A stretch of DNA of 61,144 nt, counting the filler, from Asterionella formosa (taxonomy: Eukaryota): NCBI GenBank assembly GCA_002256025.1. It is 4 parts of 4 records of this genome, joined end to end, with 100 filler letters (N's around TTAATTAATTAA, not from the genome) between each part and the next. Parts side by side here need not be neighbours in the genome. Positions count along the whole stretch, not along the records: positions 1 to 15,219 come from NKIB01005544.1; positions 15,320 to 30,531 come from NKIB01005549.1; 2 more parts are not named here. One strand, given 5' to 3'. A model generated the notes under the pieces. That model saw only the letters and a program-made list of their open reading frames with translations, did no database searches and was not told the DNA's origin. Position 1 is the first letter of the stretch; every line of letters begins with the position of its first letter. Below are positions 12,401 through 24,438 of the stretch, one piece after another. Position numbers and translations under genes: made by a program.

Positions 12401-14126
12401 CCATACTGGATGGAACTGTGACTCTGTAGGAATAGAGTCTTCATCCGCGAAGAACAACTGTTTGGGTTTCATTATCATCTTGTCAATCATTCAATGTTGA
12501 TTGGGAACTGTATTCTGCATTGTACTACGAAGTATGATATTATAACATGCACTTTAGTAGCTAAGTCACTCCTGTAATGTAAACAAGTCGACAGTGCACA
12601 TACACACATGCTAATCAGGTTTGAGGCAACGGACAGTGGTTCCAAAATGAGAATCACTGAGTTCTTCTTCATCATCAGTGATTTCAGGAGAATGATCAAA
12701 ATACGACACTGGATGGCACTGTGACTTTGTAGGAATAGTGTCTTCATCCACAAAGAACAACTGTTTCGGTTTCCTCTTCGAAAGCAATCTTTCCTTCCTT
12801 CTCTTCTATCAGCATACTTCATTATTTTTTCTGGAGTATTATGAATCTGTTCAAGTTCATCTGATCTTTGAGTGTATTCAAAGGAATTTTCGATTGATTT
12901 CATAGCTAAGTTTCTTCATCTTCTTTTCCGAAAACATAAAGTTGTGTAATGAAAATGACGGAAGTAAGTCACATTTCTTGTTTGACTGATCCTTTCCATG
13001 ACATCCATGAAATTTATGAAATGCCATTTGGAAAGTTGTCAAAGGGCCAGAAGACTATGATTTCAAACATTGGAAGGGAAATGCGGAGTTTTAGCGGTGC
13101 TTGTGGTTGTGCAACTGATGTGATTGTAACCGAGTGTAGTAGTTGTTGAATAGGAGCACTGTGTAATATGTTACGCCAGCGGCATGAGCTATAGTGTTCA
13201 CACAAAGTATATAAAAATGAAAACGACACAATGATGCACGTGATGGCTGGCTGGGGATATGTGAACATCCCAATGAAAACAAATCGACAGTGTGCGTACG
13301 CACACACTATGCTGGTAGTCAAAATGTGGCTCTTGACAAACCGTTGAAAAATTGACATTAGTGTGCAATAATGTACAGGTATGTGGCATACCTTTGCTGA
13401 CATTGGTTGCGTTACCTGCTACAAATGGGGGCTGTGTAACAGAACCGCAAATGACCATTGACAACATTTTCCAAAAGTGGTTCACATTGTCATGTGATGT
13501 GGGGTCCGAGATCTTCATTTTGTCAGTGAATGGGCCATAGGCAACCAACGACATTGCCCCGCCTTTCATCTGCCTGAAGAATTCGGCAAGGATCCTCTTT
13601 GTCCGGAAAGAAGCTCCGATAAGTGACCAAATCGCCTGATCTGTACCGACTTGACCCAAAATCTGCTGTTAGCCGATGTCCAGGATAGGACAGTTTTTGG
13701 TTGAAAGAAAGGTGTCTGGGACAAGTTTAACACAAATACCTTATCATGTGGAACACCAGAAATCTGGAGCATTGTATCATCTTCCATGATATAAGACACA
13801 GCTTTCATGGCTTCAGCAATTTTTTCAAGAAAGGAGCGGAGATCATCAATGCGACGACATTTGAATGAGGGCCAGGAATTGTCTTTGAAGAACTTCATAG
13901 CCACTTCAATGACAAGTACATGCCATCCCACATTGTTTCCGCCCTTTTTTGATAATTGATAATGACCTGATGTTCTCCACTCTTTCCAACATGACGGGAA
14001 GTAGTTTATCCACATCCAACACCGCATCCTTGTTGGCTCCAAGGTGACCTTGTAGGAAAAAGCGAAGTAACTTACGGTCTGAGTTCTCCTTTTTTTATTT
14101 AGCAACACTCCAAGTTTCCACTTCAT
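9490..14126 (-). pseudogene. Decayed coding-like region of unknown family (probably mobile-element derived)
   Basis: A chain of short co-oriented minus-strand ORFs in shifting frames (9491-9895, 11327-11843, 12077-12903, 13198-14126) with an internal diverged repeat; no diagnostic motif recognised. Confidence 0.35.
12341..12765. repeat. Diverged ~120-bp direct repeat
   Basis: atgagaatcactgagttcttc...aagaacaactgtt at 12341-12462 and 12647-12765, with scattered substitutions and a small indel. Confidence 0.9.
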
Positions 14127-14593
14127 GACAAAACGATTGGCGTTTTCACAAGGTGGGACTGGAACAATTGAGATGTCTTTCCCAGCAAGTCGGGTACATA
14201 TGTTGCATCTGGGTGAGCAGCAACATGGAATAGCACATCACTATTACCGGCGGTTCTGCACAGCTGGCCACACTGGTATACATGAAGCAAGAAGCAGTTG
14301 CATTCTACACAATTGCGACATAAAACAATAGTAAAATTTTTAATGTGGCCATAAACAGTTGTTACAAGGAACACGCATACCGGTATTCCCAGGTGGTACC
14401 AGGTACCAGTAATATTATATGTACATGATAACGTAAGTAACATGACAATGGGTATTTACTAACTTTGGCTGAGTGCGGCTAGAGTTGAATATTCTTTATT
14501 GGGGTGAGTCTACACCAATATAATATAATATTTTGATAATATTATTTATTGACTACAGAGAAAGAGGTATTCAATTCCATAGTAGCAGTGTTA

Positions 14594-15043
14594 CTAATAA
14601 TTGTTACTACTATTCTGCTCATCTGAAGCAAGCGTTGCAGCTAATGCGCAATCGCTTACTTCTGTACACTCAAGTTGTGTGGCATACAGACGATCACGAA
14701 AATAATCGAGCAGAATGGGTGACTTGTGATTTAGACCACAATCAACAAACTGTGCGGTAGACTGATCAATCTTGATCTTAATCCAGACTTCATCCTCCAA
14801 AATGGATTCGAAGTATTCAGGTAAAGGAGAAGTATTGTCCCAAGGAACGATTTTCTTGATTTCGGAAGGCTTCCGGGCATGGTCGAGAACTGATTTATTG
14901 GATACCCTGTCATACACATTGACCAACGCTTTGGCCTTCGTGTGGCATACAAACTGGCCAATTTCGCCAGCATAATTACCGGTACCCTTCAATACCGAAA
15001 CTAGATCACTCGTATCAAGAGAAAGGTCTTCATCATCAGACAT
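14594..15043 (-). CDS. Hypothetical protein (149 aa; possibly the first part of the decayed downstream region)
   Basis: ATG-started ORF with protein-like composition (MSDDEDLSLD...); no recognised domain. Confidence 0.35.
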   Translation of the reverse strand: MSDDEDLSLDTSDLVSVLKGTGNYAGEIGQFVCHTKAKALVNVYDRVSNKSVLDHARKPSEIKKIVPWDNTSPLPEYFESILEDEVWIKIKIDQSTAQFVDCGLNHKSPILLDYFRDRLYATQLECTEVSDCALAATLASDEQNSSNNY

Positions 15044-15219
15044 CTACCGGACACTTACGCTGATTTTCGTAAAAATGTTCGGACAGTAGGCCGGTTTTTC
15101 AGCCGAAGTCTGAACTTCCGTTCATTCCCATTTTATAATTTAACACGGTATATCTAGTACTACTATGTTGAACTTGGAGTGAAGTTTGATCATTTGAGGG
15201 AAATACCGGACGAACGGCC

Positions 15220-15319
15220 NNNNNNNNNNNNNNNNNNNNNNNNNNNNNNNNNNNNNNNNNNNNTTAATTAATTAANNNNNNNNNNNNNNNNNNNNNNNNN
15301 NNNNNNNNNNNNNNNNNNN
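15220..15319. other. Artificial scaffold spacer N44-TTAATTAATTAA-N44
   Basis: 100 nt; stop-codon linker at 15264-15275; identical copies at 30532 and 45840. Confidence 0.97.
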
Positions 15320-15877
15320 ATGAAACGCGACGATCCATACGCTCAACTAGGCTTGACTTGGGGGGCGACGACGACTGAAATCAAGGAAGCGTACAAGCGC
15401 AAAGCCCGAGAGTTACACCCCGATGTTAACAAGGACGATGCAAAGGCACTTGAAAAATTTCAGCAAATGAAACAAGCTTTTGAACGACTCATGGACGTGA
15501 AGGGGGCACCTCATCGAGATGATTTGCTAGAGGAATGGTCGTTTGCTGTATGGCGTAATGCTGATATTATGGCACAAGATCGAGACGATGTGGCTGGTGC
15601 AATGAGGAAGCGACCTGTCAAGCCTGCAGCATCACTTATCAACGCTAAATGGGGCATTGCTGCTCTGGGACACCCCGATGGTGGTGGGAATGCGAGGCGA
15701 CGGGGGGAGTTAATCGGAGATGGCAAAGGTCCGCGGACCAGCACGGTTGGGACAGGGCAGTCGAAATGGGTGGATGCTAGTCAAAAATATAAGCCGTGGA
15801 CACCACCATCGGACATTAAACGAGCGGGAAAGGCGCACATAGACTTGACGCGACATGTGAGTCCTGAAGAAGAATAA
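15320..15877 (+). CDS. DnaJ (J-domain) protein, possibly 5'-truncated at the scaffold start
   Basis: DPYAQLGL...EIKEAYKRKARELHPDVNK...EKFQQMKQAFERL, with the HPD motif. Confidence 0.9.
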   Translation: MKRDDPYAQLGLTWGATTTEIKEAYKRKARELHPDVNKDDAKALEKFQQMKQAFERLMDVKGAPHRDDLLEEWSFAVWRNADIMAQDRDDVAGAMRKRPVKPAASLINAKWGIAALGHPDGGGNARRRGELIGDGKGPRTSTVGTGQSKWVDASQKYKPWTPPSDIKRAGKAHIDLTRHVSPEEE

Positions 15878-16480
15878 AATTCTTGATGCGTTTTCGAATG
15901 GGAACCATGGAAACAAACAATGTACATTAAATCATGAAGTAAATTTTCATACATATTTTTTCATTGCAGACAGAAGCAGATGTATATTTTTGACTTGTAA
16001 CCAGTTATTGAGTCAATCGAGGTTGTAAAAGGGTGGAAACACGAAATATTGTCACCACTAAATCAATCTAGGCCGACATTGCTTCGAGCAAAGCGATTAC
16101 AAACAGTTTCGTGACAAGCACCAGCCAAATTTATACCATCCTTGCGGATACATCCAGAGCTACTAAACATGCTGTGCGACCTAAATGAAATGCAAATTCT
16201 GGGGAACGACGAAATATTGAATTCTGAAAAGCACCATTGAAGGCTACTACTAAAAAGTCCTAAAATAGGTGAGTAGGGATTGGAGAACCAAGGGGAAATA
16301 TAGGTGTAGTTTCATTGAAATGGAATAAAAACAATCTTGTTTCGAGCTAATTTGTTATTGTTGTCGTGCATTTCGTCTCAGAAGTGAAACTACCGTGTAT
16401 CACAATTTAGTCATTACGTACACTATAATTTTTTTTGAATAGAAGATACAAAACTGATTCTCCCCTCCACAAAAGCGAGT

Positions 16481-18013
16481 CTACACGGCAGCCAGAAGGT
16501 TCCTCAATGCCACTTGAACAGGGTTTCCCTCACCTGGTTCAGCATAGCTGGCTTTGGTCAGAGCCAACAATATATCCTCGTTACTAGCCAACACCGGCTG
16601 TAAACGATCATGCATGGCCAAATTTTCAATACAATGAATAGCAGCAATTCTGATCTTATCGCCCTCGGCCCCAGGAGTATCTGTTTGAGCCAATTGTGCC
16701 AGAGTATGCAAGAGTCCCACATGCTCCACCATGCTCTTGCGATTTCCCACGTGTTCTGAATGCGCCTGGAAGCCTTCAGCAATATCTGCCGTGTGGGTCC
16801 ATGTCGCGCTTTTGATAAGAGCTATCATGATGATACTCTGTGCCGGCATGGGAGAGACAATGATTTCTGCCATGCGTCTCAACGTTGCAGCACAATAGAG
16901 TTTGACATCAATGGACGCAAGAGGGGAATGTAGGACCAATGCAACATTCTCAAGTAATCCAGGATGATTTGCCATGCGATTTGTCGTCTCCTCTTCCTCG
17001 GAGCAAGACATGTTAAAAAGAGTTTCCGCGGCATCCGTTCGAGACTCCTCAATCTCGTCATTACAAATAATCTCCAAGATCGCATCTAGAATCGCACCAT
17101 CCTTGTACCTTGCTACAGGAAGGGTGTTGGCGTCGGCGCACGCCACATTAAAGAGAGCAACCGCGGCATTGCGTCGGGTTTCTGGGAGTTCGTCTTTGAT
17201 CAAAATGATGAGAGTCTCCAATACCAGTTCCGATGCCATTTCAGGCACATGGTCCTTGTCTCCATTGGACAAGTTCATAATGGCCAGTGCCGAACACTGC
17301 CTCGCCACCTCGGAACGTTCATTTTGAACAATCCTTGCAATGTTGTCCACAAGTCCTTCTGTTTGTAACATGGTGATACGGTTTTCTTCGGCAGCCGCAA
17401 GGTTTGTTAGAGTTGCAATGGTGTTGAACCTTGCAGCCTCTGTCATGACCAATCCAGTCCCTGTACATCTACTGGCGCCACCAATACTTAGTCGCGCTCT
17501 GCTCAAATTGCGAGTGTCAATGATCATGACAAGGGCATGGAGCACACCAGGGCAGTGTACCATGGGGAACTTTGCTTCGGGAACCAAGGAGTACATTGCC
17601 AGAAGTTTGGTCACCTTCTGCACCGCCAGTTTCAAATCACGATTTGGTTTGGTTTCACCCCCGTAGTGTTGCAAGAACGGTCGCTCCATGACCTTGACCA
17701 GAATTGGCAAGATATCTTCCCCCACATCGTACCATGTGGCAGCAATGGCGTCGGGGGAGGCCCGGTGCACCATTTCCAAACAATTGCACAATAACGAAAT
17801 TTCGTGGTCGGCTGTTAAGACATCACCGCCAATCCTGTAGGAATCTTGCTCCAGACGGTTATTCAGAGACAAGGCAAACGCCAGTTTCTGGTACAGAATA
17901 TTTGCTGCGCCTTGTCGTAGTTCATTGTCATGCGTCGTGCGATCGCGATGATCAAAGAACCCAACGGCTTGTTGAATGCTTGCCAAACGCAAATCATGAG
18001 GAAGGATGCTCAT
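16481..18013 (-). CDS. Armadillo-repeat protein (~510 aa)
   Basis: Repeated ARM-like units (IATLTNLA, ALAIMNLS, AVALFNVA, AETLFNMS, IHCIENLA); first in-frame ATG at 18013 (the track start at 18103 is TTG). Confidence 0.8.
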   Translation of the reverse strand: MSILPHDLRLASIQQAVGFFDHRDRTTHDNELRQGAANILYQKLAFALSLNNRLEQDSYRIGGDVLTADHEISLLCNCLEMVHRASPDAIAATWYDVGEDILPILVKVMERPFLQHYGGETKPNRDLKLAVQKVTKLLAMYSLVPEAKFPMVHCPGVLHALVMIIDTRNLSRARLSIGGASRCTGTGLVMTEAARFNTIATLTNLAAAEENRITMLQTEGLVDNIARIVQNERSEVARQCSALAIMNLSNGDKDHVPEMASELVLETLIILIKDELPETRRNAAVALFNVACADANTLPVARYKDGAILDAILEIICNDEIEESRTDAAETLFNMSCSEEEETTNRMANHPGLLENVALVLHSPLASIDVKLYCAATLRRMAEIIVSPMPAQSIIMIALIKSATWTHTADIAEGFQAHSEHVGNRKSMVEHVGLLHTLAQLAQTDTPGAEGDKIRIAAIHCIENLAMHDRLQPVLASNEDILLALTKASYAEPGEGNPVQVALRNLLAAV

Positions 18014-19033
18014 ATTCACGGCTGTAGTTGAATAAGTGTGAGTGGAGACAAATGGTGGAGGAAAGAAAGCGAAACAATTACATGGTGAGTGTCGCGTTTT
18101 CAAGGAGGAGGACTGGTAATTATTGATTCCACATGAGTCAATTCAAAGTGAACTTATCACATAATCATACACGAATATATGTTTATTGTACAGTTTTTAT
18201 TAAAAATGGTGAAAATGTCATACCACAATTTTATGGTTGACACAAACACAGGGAATGACTCTGACGGTGCATGCCATGGTCCCATTGCACGCGTGCATAG
18301 CATCTTAATGGGGGTACGTGTACCGTTGACAGACATGCAAGAAATAGGAGGCAACATCGTCGGGAAAACGTACCATCGAGCAACAGGCGCAATGGCGAAA
18401 CAGCAACACTTGTCCCGGTACTAGCCGTCGGTAAACTTGAATCACTTGCCATAGNNNNNNNNNNNNNNNNNNNNNNNNNNNNNNNNNNNNNNNNNNNNNN
18501 NNNNNNNNNNNNNNNNNNNNNNNNNNNNNNNNNNNNNNNNNNNNNNNNNNNNNNNNNNNNNNNNNNNNNNNNNNNNNNNNNNNNNNNNNNNNNNNNNNNN
18601 NNNNNNNNNNNNNNNNNNNNNNNNNNNNNNNNNNNNNNNNNNNNNNNNNNNNNNNNNNNNNNNNNNNNNNNNNNNNNNNNNNNNNNNNNNNNNNNNNNNN
18701 NNNNNNNNNNNNNNNNNNNNNNNNNNNNNNNNNNNNNNNNNNNNNNNNNNNNNNNNNNNNNNNNNNNNNNNNNNNNNNNNNNNNNNNNNNNNNNNNNNNN
18801 NNNNNNNNNNNNNNNNNNNNNNNNNNNNNNNNNNNNNNNNNNNNNNNNNNNNNNNNNNNNNNNNNNNNNNNNNNNNNNNNNNNNNNNNNNNNNNNNNNNN
18901 NNNNNNNNNNNNNNNNNNNNNNNNNNNNNNNNNNNNNNNNNNNNNNNNNNNNNNNNNNNNNNNNNNNNNNNNNNNNNNNNNNNNNNNNNNNNNNNNNNNN
19001 NNNNNNNNNNNNNNNNNNNNNNNNNNNNNNCAA

Positions 19034-20137
19034 CTACCGGTAGTATCTTTCTCTCAAGAGCCAATCCATGACCTTGTTTCTCGTTTCCCCTCCCATCATT
19101 AGATGCAAGACTGTCTCGGCATGTTCTACCATTGGGAGAATATCTAACTCACATTCAAATCCATTCTGCTTCATGGCACGTGTAAAATTCAACGCCGACG
19201 TGTATGGGACTACCGTATCCTTGGCTCCATGGAGTACATAAAAGTTTGGCATCACGACCGACTGCGCAGTAGCTATGCGACGTGTCGGCGAGAAGTGATT
19301 CCATTGTGCCATGACACCTCCACATGCTGGTTTCATAGCCGAAATTTCATGAACGCCTCGACCATATTCCCAGTCATAATGATCAGCAATATCATATACA
19401 CCAGATATGGCAACCACGTCATGACATAGTCGCTCTTGTGCTGTCAATGCTGTCAACACTGCAACGTGAGCCCCACTGGAGTGTCCAATGATTGTCACGT
19501 GTTTGGGAGAATACTTTTGCTTCAATAGATTAATCGCCGATTGTAAATCCTGCATCTGATCTTGCACTGTGCCATCTGGATATGTCCGATATCCCCAAAT
19601 GGCAACTCTATTCGTGTAGTTGAAAAAGGGAATGGCAGCCAATCGGTACATCCATGGCTTCCCGGATCCCCATGCACCACCGTGTGCAAACAACACCACC
19701 CGTGCTTCATCATTCGGTTCGTCTGTTTCAAGGACAGTCATGGTTTGTTGCGGATGCGAGCCATACGAAAGCGTGGTGAGTGTGGTGGAGTGGGGGACGT
19801 GGTCTGTTTTCCTGCCAGAGTTGGAGAGGGCTAAAAAGTTGGGCAGCGCTTGAGGATACTCCTTCATGAGAGCGGGAATACCGAAGAGTACCAAAGTATC
19901 CGCAAGGATCCGGAATATTCCAGCGTCTCTAGCAAAATGAAGCCATGACGTGGGGAGCGTAGTCGTCATGGATCGAAATATATCATCGTTGGGATCGGCA
20001 GTGAATGGTAGGTCCGATGATTCCAATGACTCAAAGTAGCGTGGTTGGAATGATCGTCGTGCTTCACTCAATGATAGAAACGAAGTCGCCGGTACCCAGT
20101 ATACTGACAAAATAAGGCAATGAAGAATGGATCGCAT
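19034..20137 (-). CDS. Alpha/beta hydrolase, isoprenylcysteine-methylesterase/BD-FAE-like, probably plastid targeted
   Basis: HGGAW oxyanion motif, GHSSG nucleophile elbow, HGAKD acid and VEH His; signal peptide MRSILHCLILSVYWVPATS|F (ASAFAP-like). Confidence 0.88.
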   Translation of the reverse strand: MRSILHCLILSVYWVPATSFLSLSEARRSFQPRYFESLESSDLPFTADPNDDIFRSMTTTLPTSWLHFARDAGIFRILADTLVLFGIPALMKEYPQALPNFLALSNSGRKTDHVPHSTTLTTLSYGSHPQQTMTVLETDEPNDEARVVLFAHGGAWGSGKPWMYRLAAIPFFNYTNRVAIWGYRTYPDGTVQDQMQDLQSAINLLKQKYSPKHVTIIGHSSGAHVAVLTALTAQERLCHDVVAISGVYDIADHYDWEYGRGVHEISAMKPACGGVMAQWNHFSPTRRIATAQSVVMPNFYVLHGAKDTVVPYTSALNFTRAMKQNGFECELDILPMVEHAETVLHLMMGGETRNKVMDWLLRERYYR

Positions 20138-21339
20138 TGTCAAGAGGGCACCAGATACCAGGTACCAGGAATATTTTATTACATCGTCAACATTGTACTT
20201 CTAACTCTACCCACTACTACCGGGTACATATGTTTATNNNNNNNNNNNNNNNNNNNNNNNNNNNNNNNNNNNNNNNNNNNNNNNNNNNNNNNNNNNNNNN
20301 NNNNNNNNNNNNNNNNNNNNNNNNNNNNNNNNNNNNNNNNNNNNNNNNNNNNNNNNNNNNNNNNNNNNNNNNNNNNNNNNNNNNNNNNNNNNNNNNNNNN
20401 NNNNNNNNNNNNNNNNNNNNNNNNNNNNNNNNNNNNNNNNNNNNNNNNNNNNNNNNNNNNNNNNNNNNNNNNNNNNNNNNNNNNNNNNNNNNNNNNNNNN
20501 NNNNNNNNNNNNNNNNNNNNNNNNNNNNNNNNNNNNNNNNNNNNNNNNNNNNNNNNNNNNNNNNNNNNNNNNNNNNNNNNNNNNNNNNNNNNNNNNNNNN
20601 NNNNNNNNNNNNNNNNNNNNNNNNNNNNNNNNNNNNNNNNNNNNNNNNNNNNNNNNNNNNNNNNNNNNNNNNNNNNNNNNNNNNNNNNNNNNNNNNNNNN
20701 NNNNNNNNNNNNNNNNNNNNNNNNNNNNNNNNNNNNNNNNNNNNNNNNNNNNNNNNNNNNNCTTGCAAAATGCAACTCAAGTAACGTATGGTACATATGC
20801 CAAGAAGTTAGCTATGAATCGGCCAAAAAATGACAGTGAAAAGATTTTTCGCCATCCTCATGCACCAAATTGACACAACCATAAACATTGCCACTGTAGG
20901 CTGAAGTAAGTGCGCATTGTTGTCAATGTAATATTGGCAAATTGAACTCGCACCCCTACGCCAAAGAAACGCCGACTCGAGAGAGTGTCCTTCAGTGCTG
21001 ATCAAAAGCACTCATGCAATGATAGCTAACCAAGTTAAGTACTGGTACAAGCAAGCTTTACCCCAAGTGCGTGTTGTTGTCTTGCGCTGTGTTGTGGCTC
21101 AGTTGTTCTAACCCCTTGGCGCTTTTTCCCCTCAAATACTCCACCATCTGTGATCACGATTGGTAGATTGATTATCACAGCGAGGATTGCAGTCATTGGA
21201 CGCACGCTTAGTCAAAGTGGCCCTGCTGCAGAATTCAAATCTTTCCATTCTGAAACCAGGTTACAACAACTTGGGCAACAAAGGTATATTTCAATACGTT
21301 TGATGTCGGGATTTCAGCACACTGCGCTTTGGGATTGTT

Positions 21340-21500
21340 GGATCTTGGATTCAACAAAGTCGGCGATGATGGGATTAGATCATAGGCATGTGCTTTGTTT
21401 GGATCAAGGAGCCATGGCGTTGGCTGATGGGATCAGGAGAGGAGGGTGCGCTGTGACCAAACTAGATTTGACTGGAAACCGACTAGATAGGGCCAGATGG
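21340..21500 (+). pseudogene. Leucine-rich-repeat (RNI-like) gene remnant
   Basis: One clear unit DQGAMALADGIRRGGCAVTKLDLTGNRL in an otherwise broken frame. Confidence 0.45.
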
Positions 21501-22423
21501 AGTGATTTCAGTAACAGAAGCCATTCTAGAAGATGAACTGAGAAGGAGAAAAACGTCATATGGAGTCAATGACACTCGAGGGATCCAAGAGCTCTATTTA
21601 GTAGGCGGAACAAGCATGGGACCGATGGGTTGCCACGCAGTTGATAGTACAATGCTCTGAATGTACGAATCACACAGAATTGAGGAAGACACAACAGATT
21701 AAAATTTCATCATGCAAGTGAATTGGTTAACTCAGCCATCAGTTGATTGTTTTCAATATAAAATCAAGGCATATTTTTTACTATAGTAGGACGAGGCTAG
21801 CTAATGGTAGATCATTCAGTGCATGTGCAATTAGGCGTAGTAACTATTGTCTGTGTCCTCGCCCTCTTGTCATATTTGTTCAAGTCACACTTGTAGCCTC
21901 AGAAATTTGTACCCACGAAATTGTTAGCAAGACTGCGCCAGATTTTATCGTGTAGATTGTAGGTTCTGTTGGTACAAAGAGGAAGTCATGGCTGCGCCAG
22001 GATTTTTGACCCTCTGAATTCATAAAAACACAAACATTCATTCAACACCACTGTGAACAATTTATTTTCAACATGGGGACGAATCTTACAACTAGCATCC
22101 CCCTTCCATATGCACTCATTAAGGTTCCTGCATTTCAACCCTGAGGCAAAAATTAAAATATTGCTTAGGGTTGCCTAAACTCCCTGGAACTAAGAACTTT
22201 CAAAAGTTATTTTTAAATGACATGATTCCATTTGAAATATTCAAATTTGTGGAAATTTGCGCGTACGTGCATAGATTCCCTTTCAAATTTGCTAAATATA
22301 TAGATATAGATTGTACTTCTCTAGCTATATATATACAGTAGGATACACTCAATACACCGATCGATGGTTTATGTGTCATACGACGCAGCGGCTTGGCAAT
22401 TAGTTGAAGTGCTCTCTAGAAGT

Positions 22424-22650
22424 GGTATGCATGTGTCAAATGATAATCATCTACCGGTACCCGTATAGTACCTGCCTGCGTACTGGCAATCACACAAAAA
22501 AATCTAATTTGTGCATCCAGTGTGGGTTTGGTATGCATGTGTCAAATGATTATCATCTACCGGTAACCAAAGTGGATATGGTACTGGCGTACCGGCCATT
22601 ACCAAAGAAATTTCTAAATGTGTATCCATTGTGGCCGGTGTGGGTTTGCA
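22424..22650. repeat. Diverged tandem duplication (~106-bp offset) beside an assembly gap
   Basis: ggtatgcatgtgtcaaatgat(a/t)atcatctaccggta at 22424 and 22530; both copies end in tgtgggtttg. Confidence 0.75.
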
Positions 22651-24438
22651 AGACCTCGCAAACCGGNNNNNNNNNNNNNNNNNNNNNNNNNNNNNNNNNN
22701 NNNNNNNNNNNNNNNNNNNNNNNNNNNNNNNNNNNNNNNNNNNNNNNNNNNNNNNNNNNNNNNNNNNNNNNNNNNNNNNNNNNNNNNNNNNNNNNNNNNN
22801 NNNNNNNNNNNNNNNNNNNNNNNNNNNNNNNNNNNNNNNNNNNNNNNNNNNNNNNNNNNNNNNNNNNNNNNNNNNNNNNNNNNNNNNNNNNNNNNNNNNN
22901 NNNNNNNNNNNNNNNNNNNNNNNNNNNNNNNNNNNNNNNNNNNNNNNNNNNNNNNNNNNNNNNNNNNNNNNNNNNNNNNNNNNNNNNNNNNNNNNNNNNN
23001 NNNNNNNNNNNNNNNNNNNNNNNNNNNNNNNNNNNNNNNNNNNNNNNNNNNNNNNNNNNNNNNNNNNNNNNNNNNNNNNNNNNNNNNNNNNNNNNNNNNN
23101 NNNNNNNNNNNNNNNNNNNNNNNNNNNNNNNNNNNNNNNNNNNNNNNNNNNNNNNNGACGAAGATCCTTTCTGCACTCTCTCAACAGATCCTATCATATC
23201 CTGACGATGTATAACGCTGACATATACCCCTACTTTGTCAGGAAACTGTATCTAAGCATATGGAAAGGGTGTATATTGGTGAAAGCTCTGTTTGGCGGTA
23301 TACAATTATGTTTTACTCATAATAAGTGTGTGTTTGAATACTCTGACTCAATATTATTTTTTTAACCCTACCTCTAATCTAGGGTTGAATTGCAGGAACC
23401 TTAAACCATGAACGTTGTTAGATTGCTGGCGCAAGCCAGAATCTAAACCCTACAGAGATGCTTCTTTACTTGGCTATGTTCAGAGTCTAATCAACCAAAT
23501 ATCTGATATTTGGTTGATAAGGGGGTCATCCTTGACCAAAACCAAAGCATATTATGTCTTGGTTCATGTGGTGGCTAAATCATTTTTGCTTTTTTGACCA
23601 ACACAACAATGCATCATGACATGTAATGAACCAGAACTTCAATTGGCTTAGTATTTGGTCCATGTGGAGGTGATGATCTGACTCCTCCATCAAAGGATGA
23701 TTCTGTTGAGGTAGCAGGTTGGTGTTGAAATTAGCTACTGGTTCTACTGTACAGTCAATAAATGTAGATATTGATGGTCCAATGATCAATGAAACAGCAT
23801 CCTGGTGTACCCATTATGCGGTTGTCATTGGATTGATGGGAACATCTTGTGACATAGCCATGATATGTACTGTACCTGGTACCGGTCAGAGGGACTTAAG
23901 TTTGGATTACTGGTACGGTAGTGAATGTTGCCAATTCGTGTTTGACAGCTTAGATCATGAGTACGATTCAGTGAAATACGTTTTATGATCGTTTCATTCG
24001 TCCAAACCATGAAAACGACGAAAAAGCAAATGAATATGAATTATCTCTTTGACCCATTTCGTCAATGTGTGACATCCCACCAGAGGAAAAATGAAGCTTG
24101 AAATGTTGGATAGAGCTGGAACACTTGTTGACGTTTCCTGACATTTGTGACAGTCATAGTCATTTATCGTTCTAATAGTTTGGAAGAAATAATTACGAGC
24201 GGTAAATGAAATGCATCATACTACGGTACCTGGTACCACCGTTTTCGTTTCAACAAAATGACCCCGACTTCTATAACTATGGAGAAAGAGCCCGGCCTAA
24301 AACGCCTTGATGTGATGCTTCAATCACGAGCACCATACGGAAAGTTGGTTTCCCCTCCCTTTCCCAGGACATTTCAATGCATACATCACAATTACTACTG
24401 CTACACACCGGTAGCTATCATAGACGAGGCAAGAAACC

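Noticed and set aside
23420..23580. Possible very degraded Copia RT/RNase H junction (TKYL...DKGVILD)
   Set aside because: Too few residues across several frames to support.
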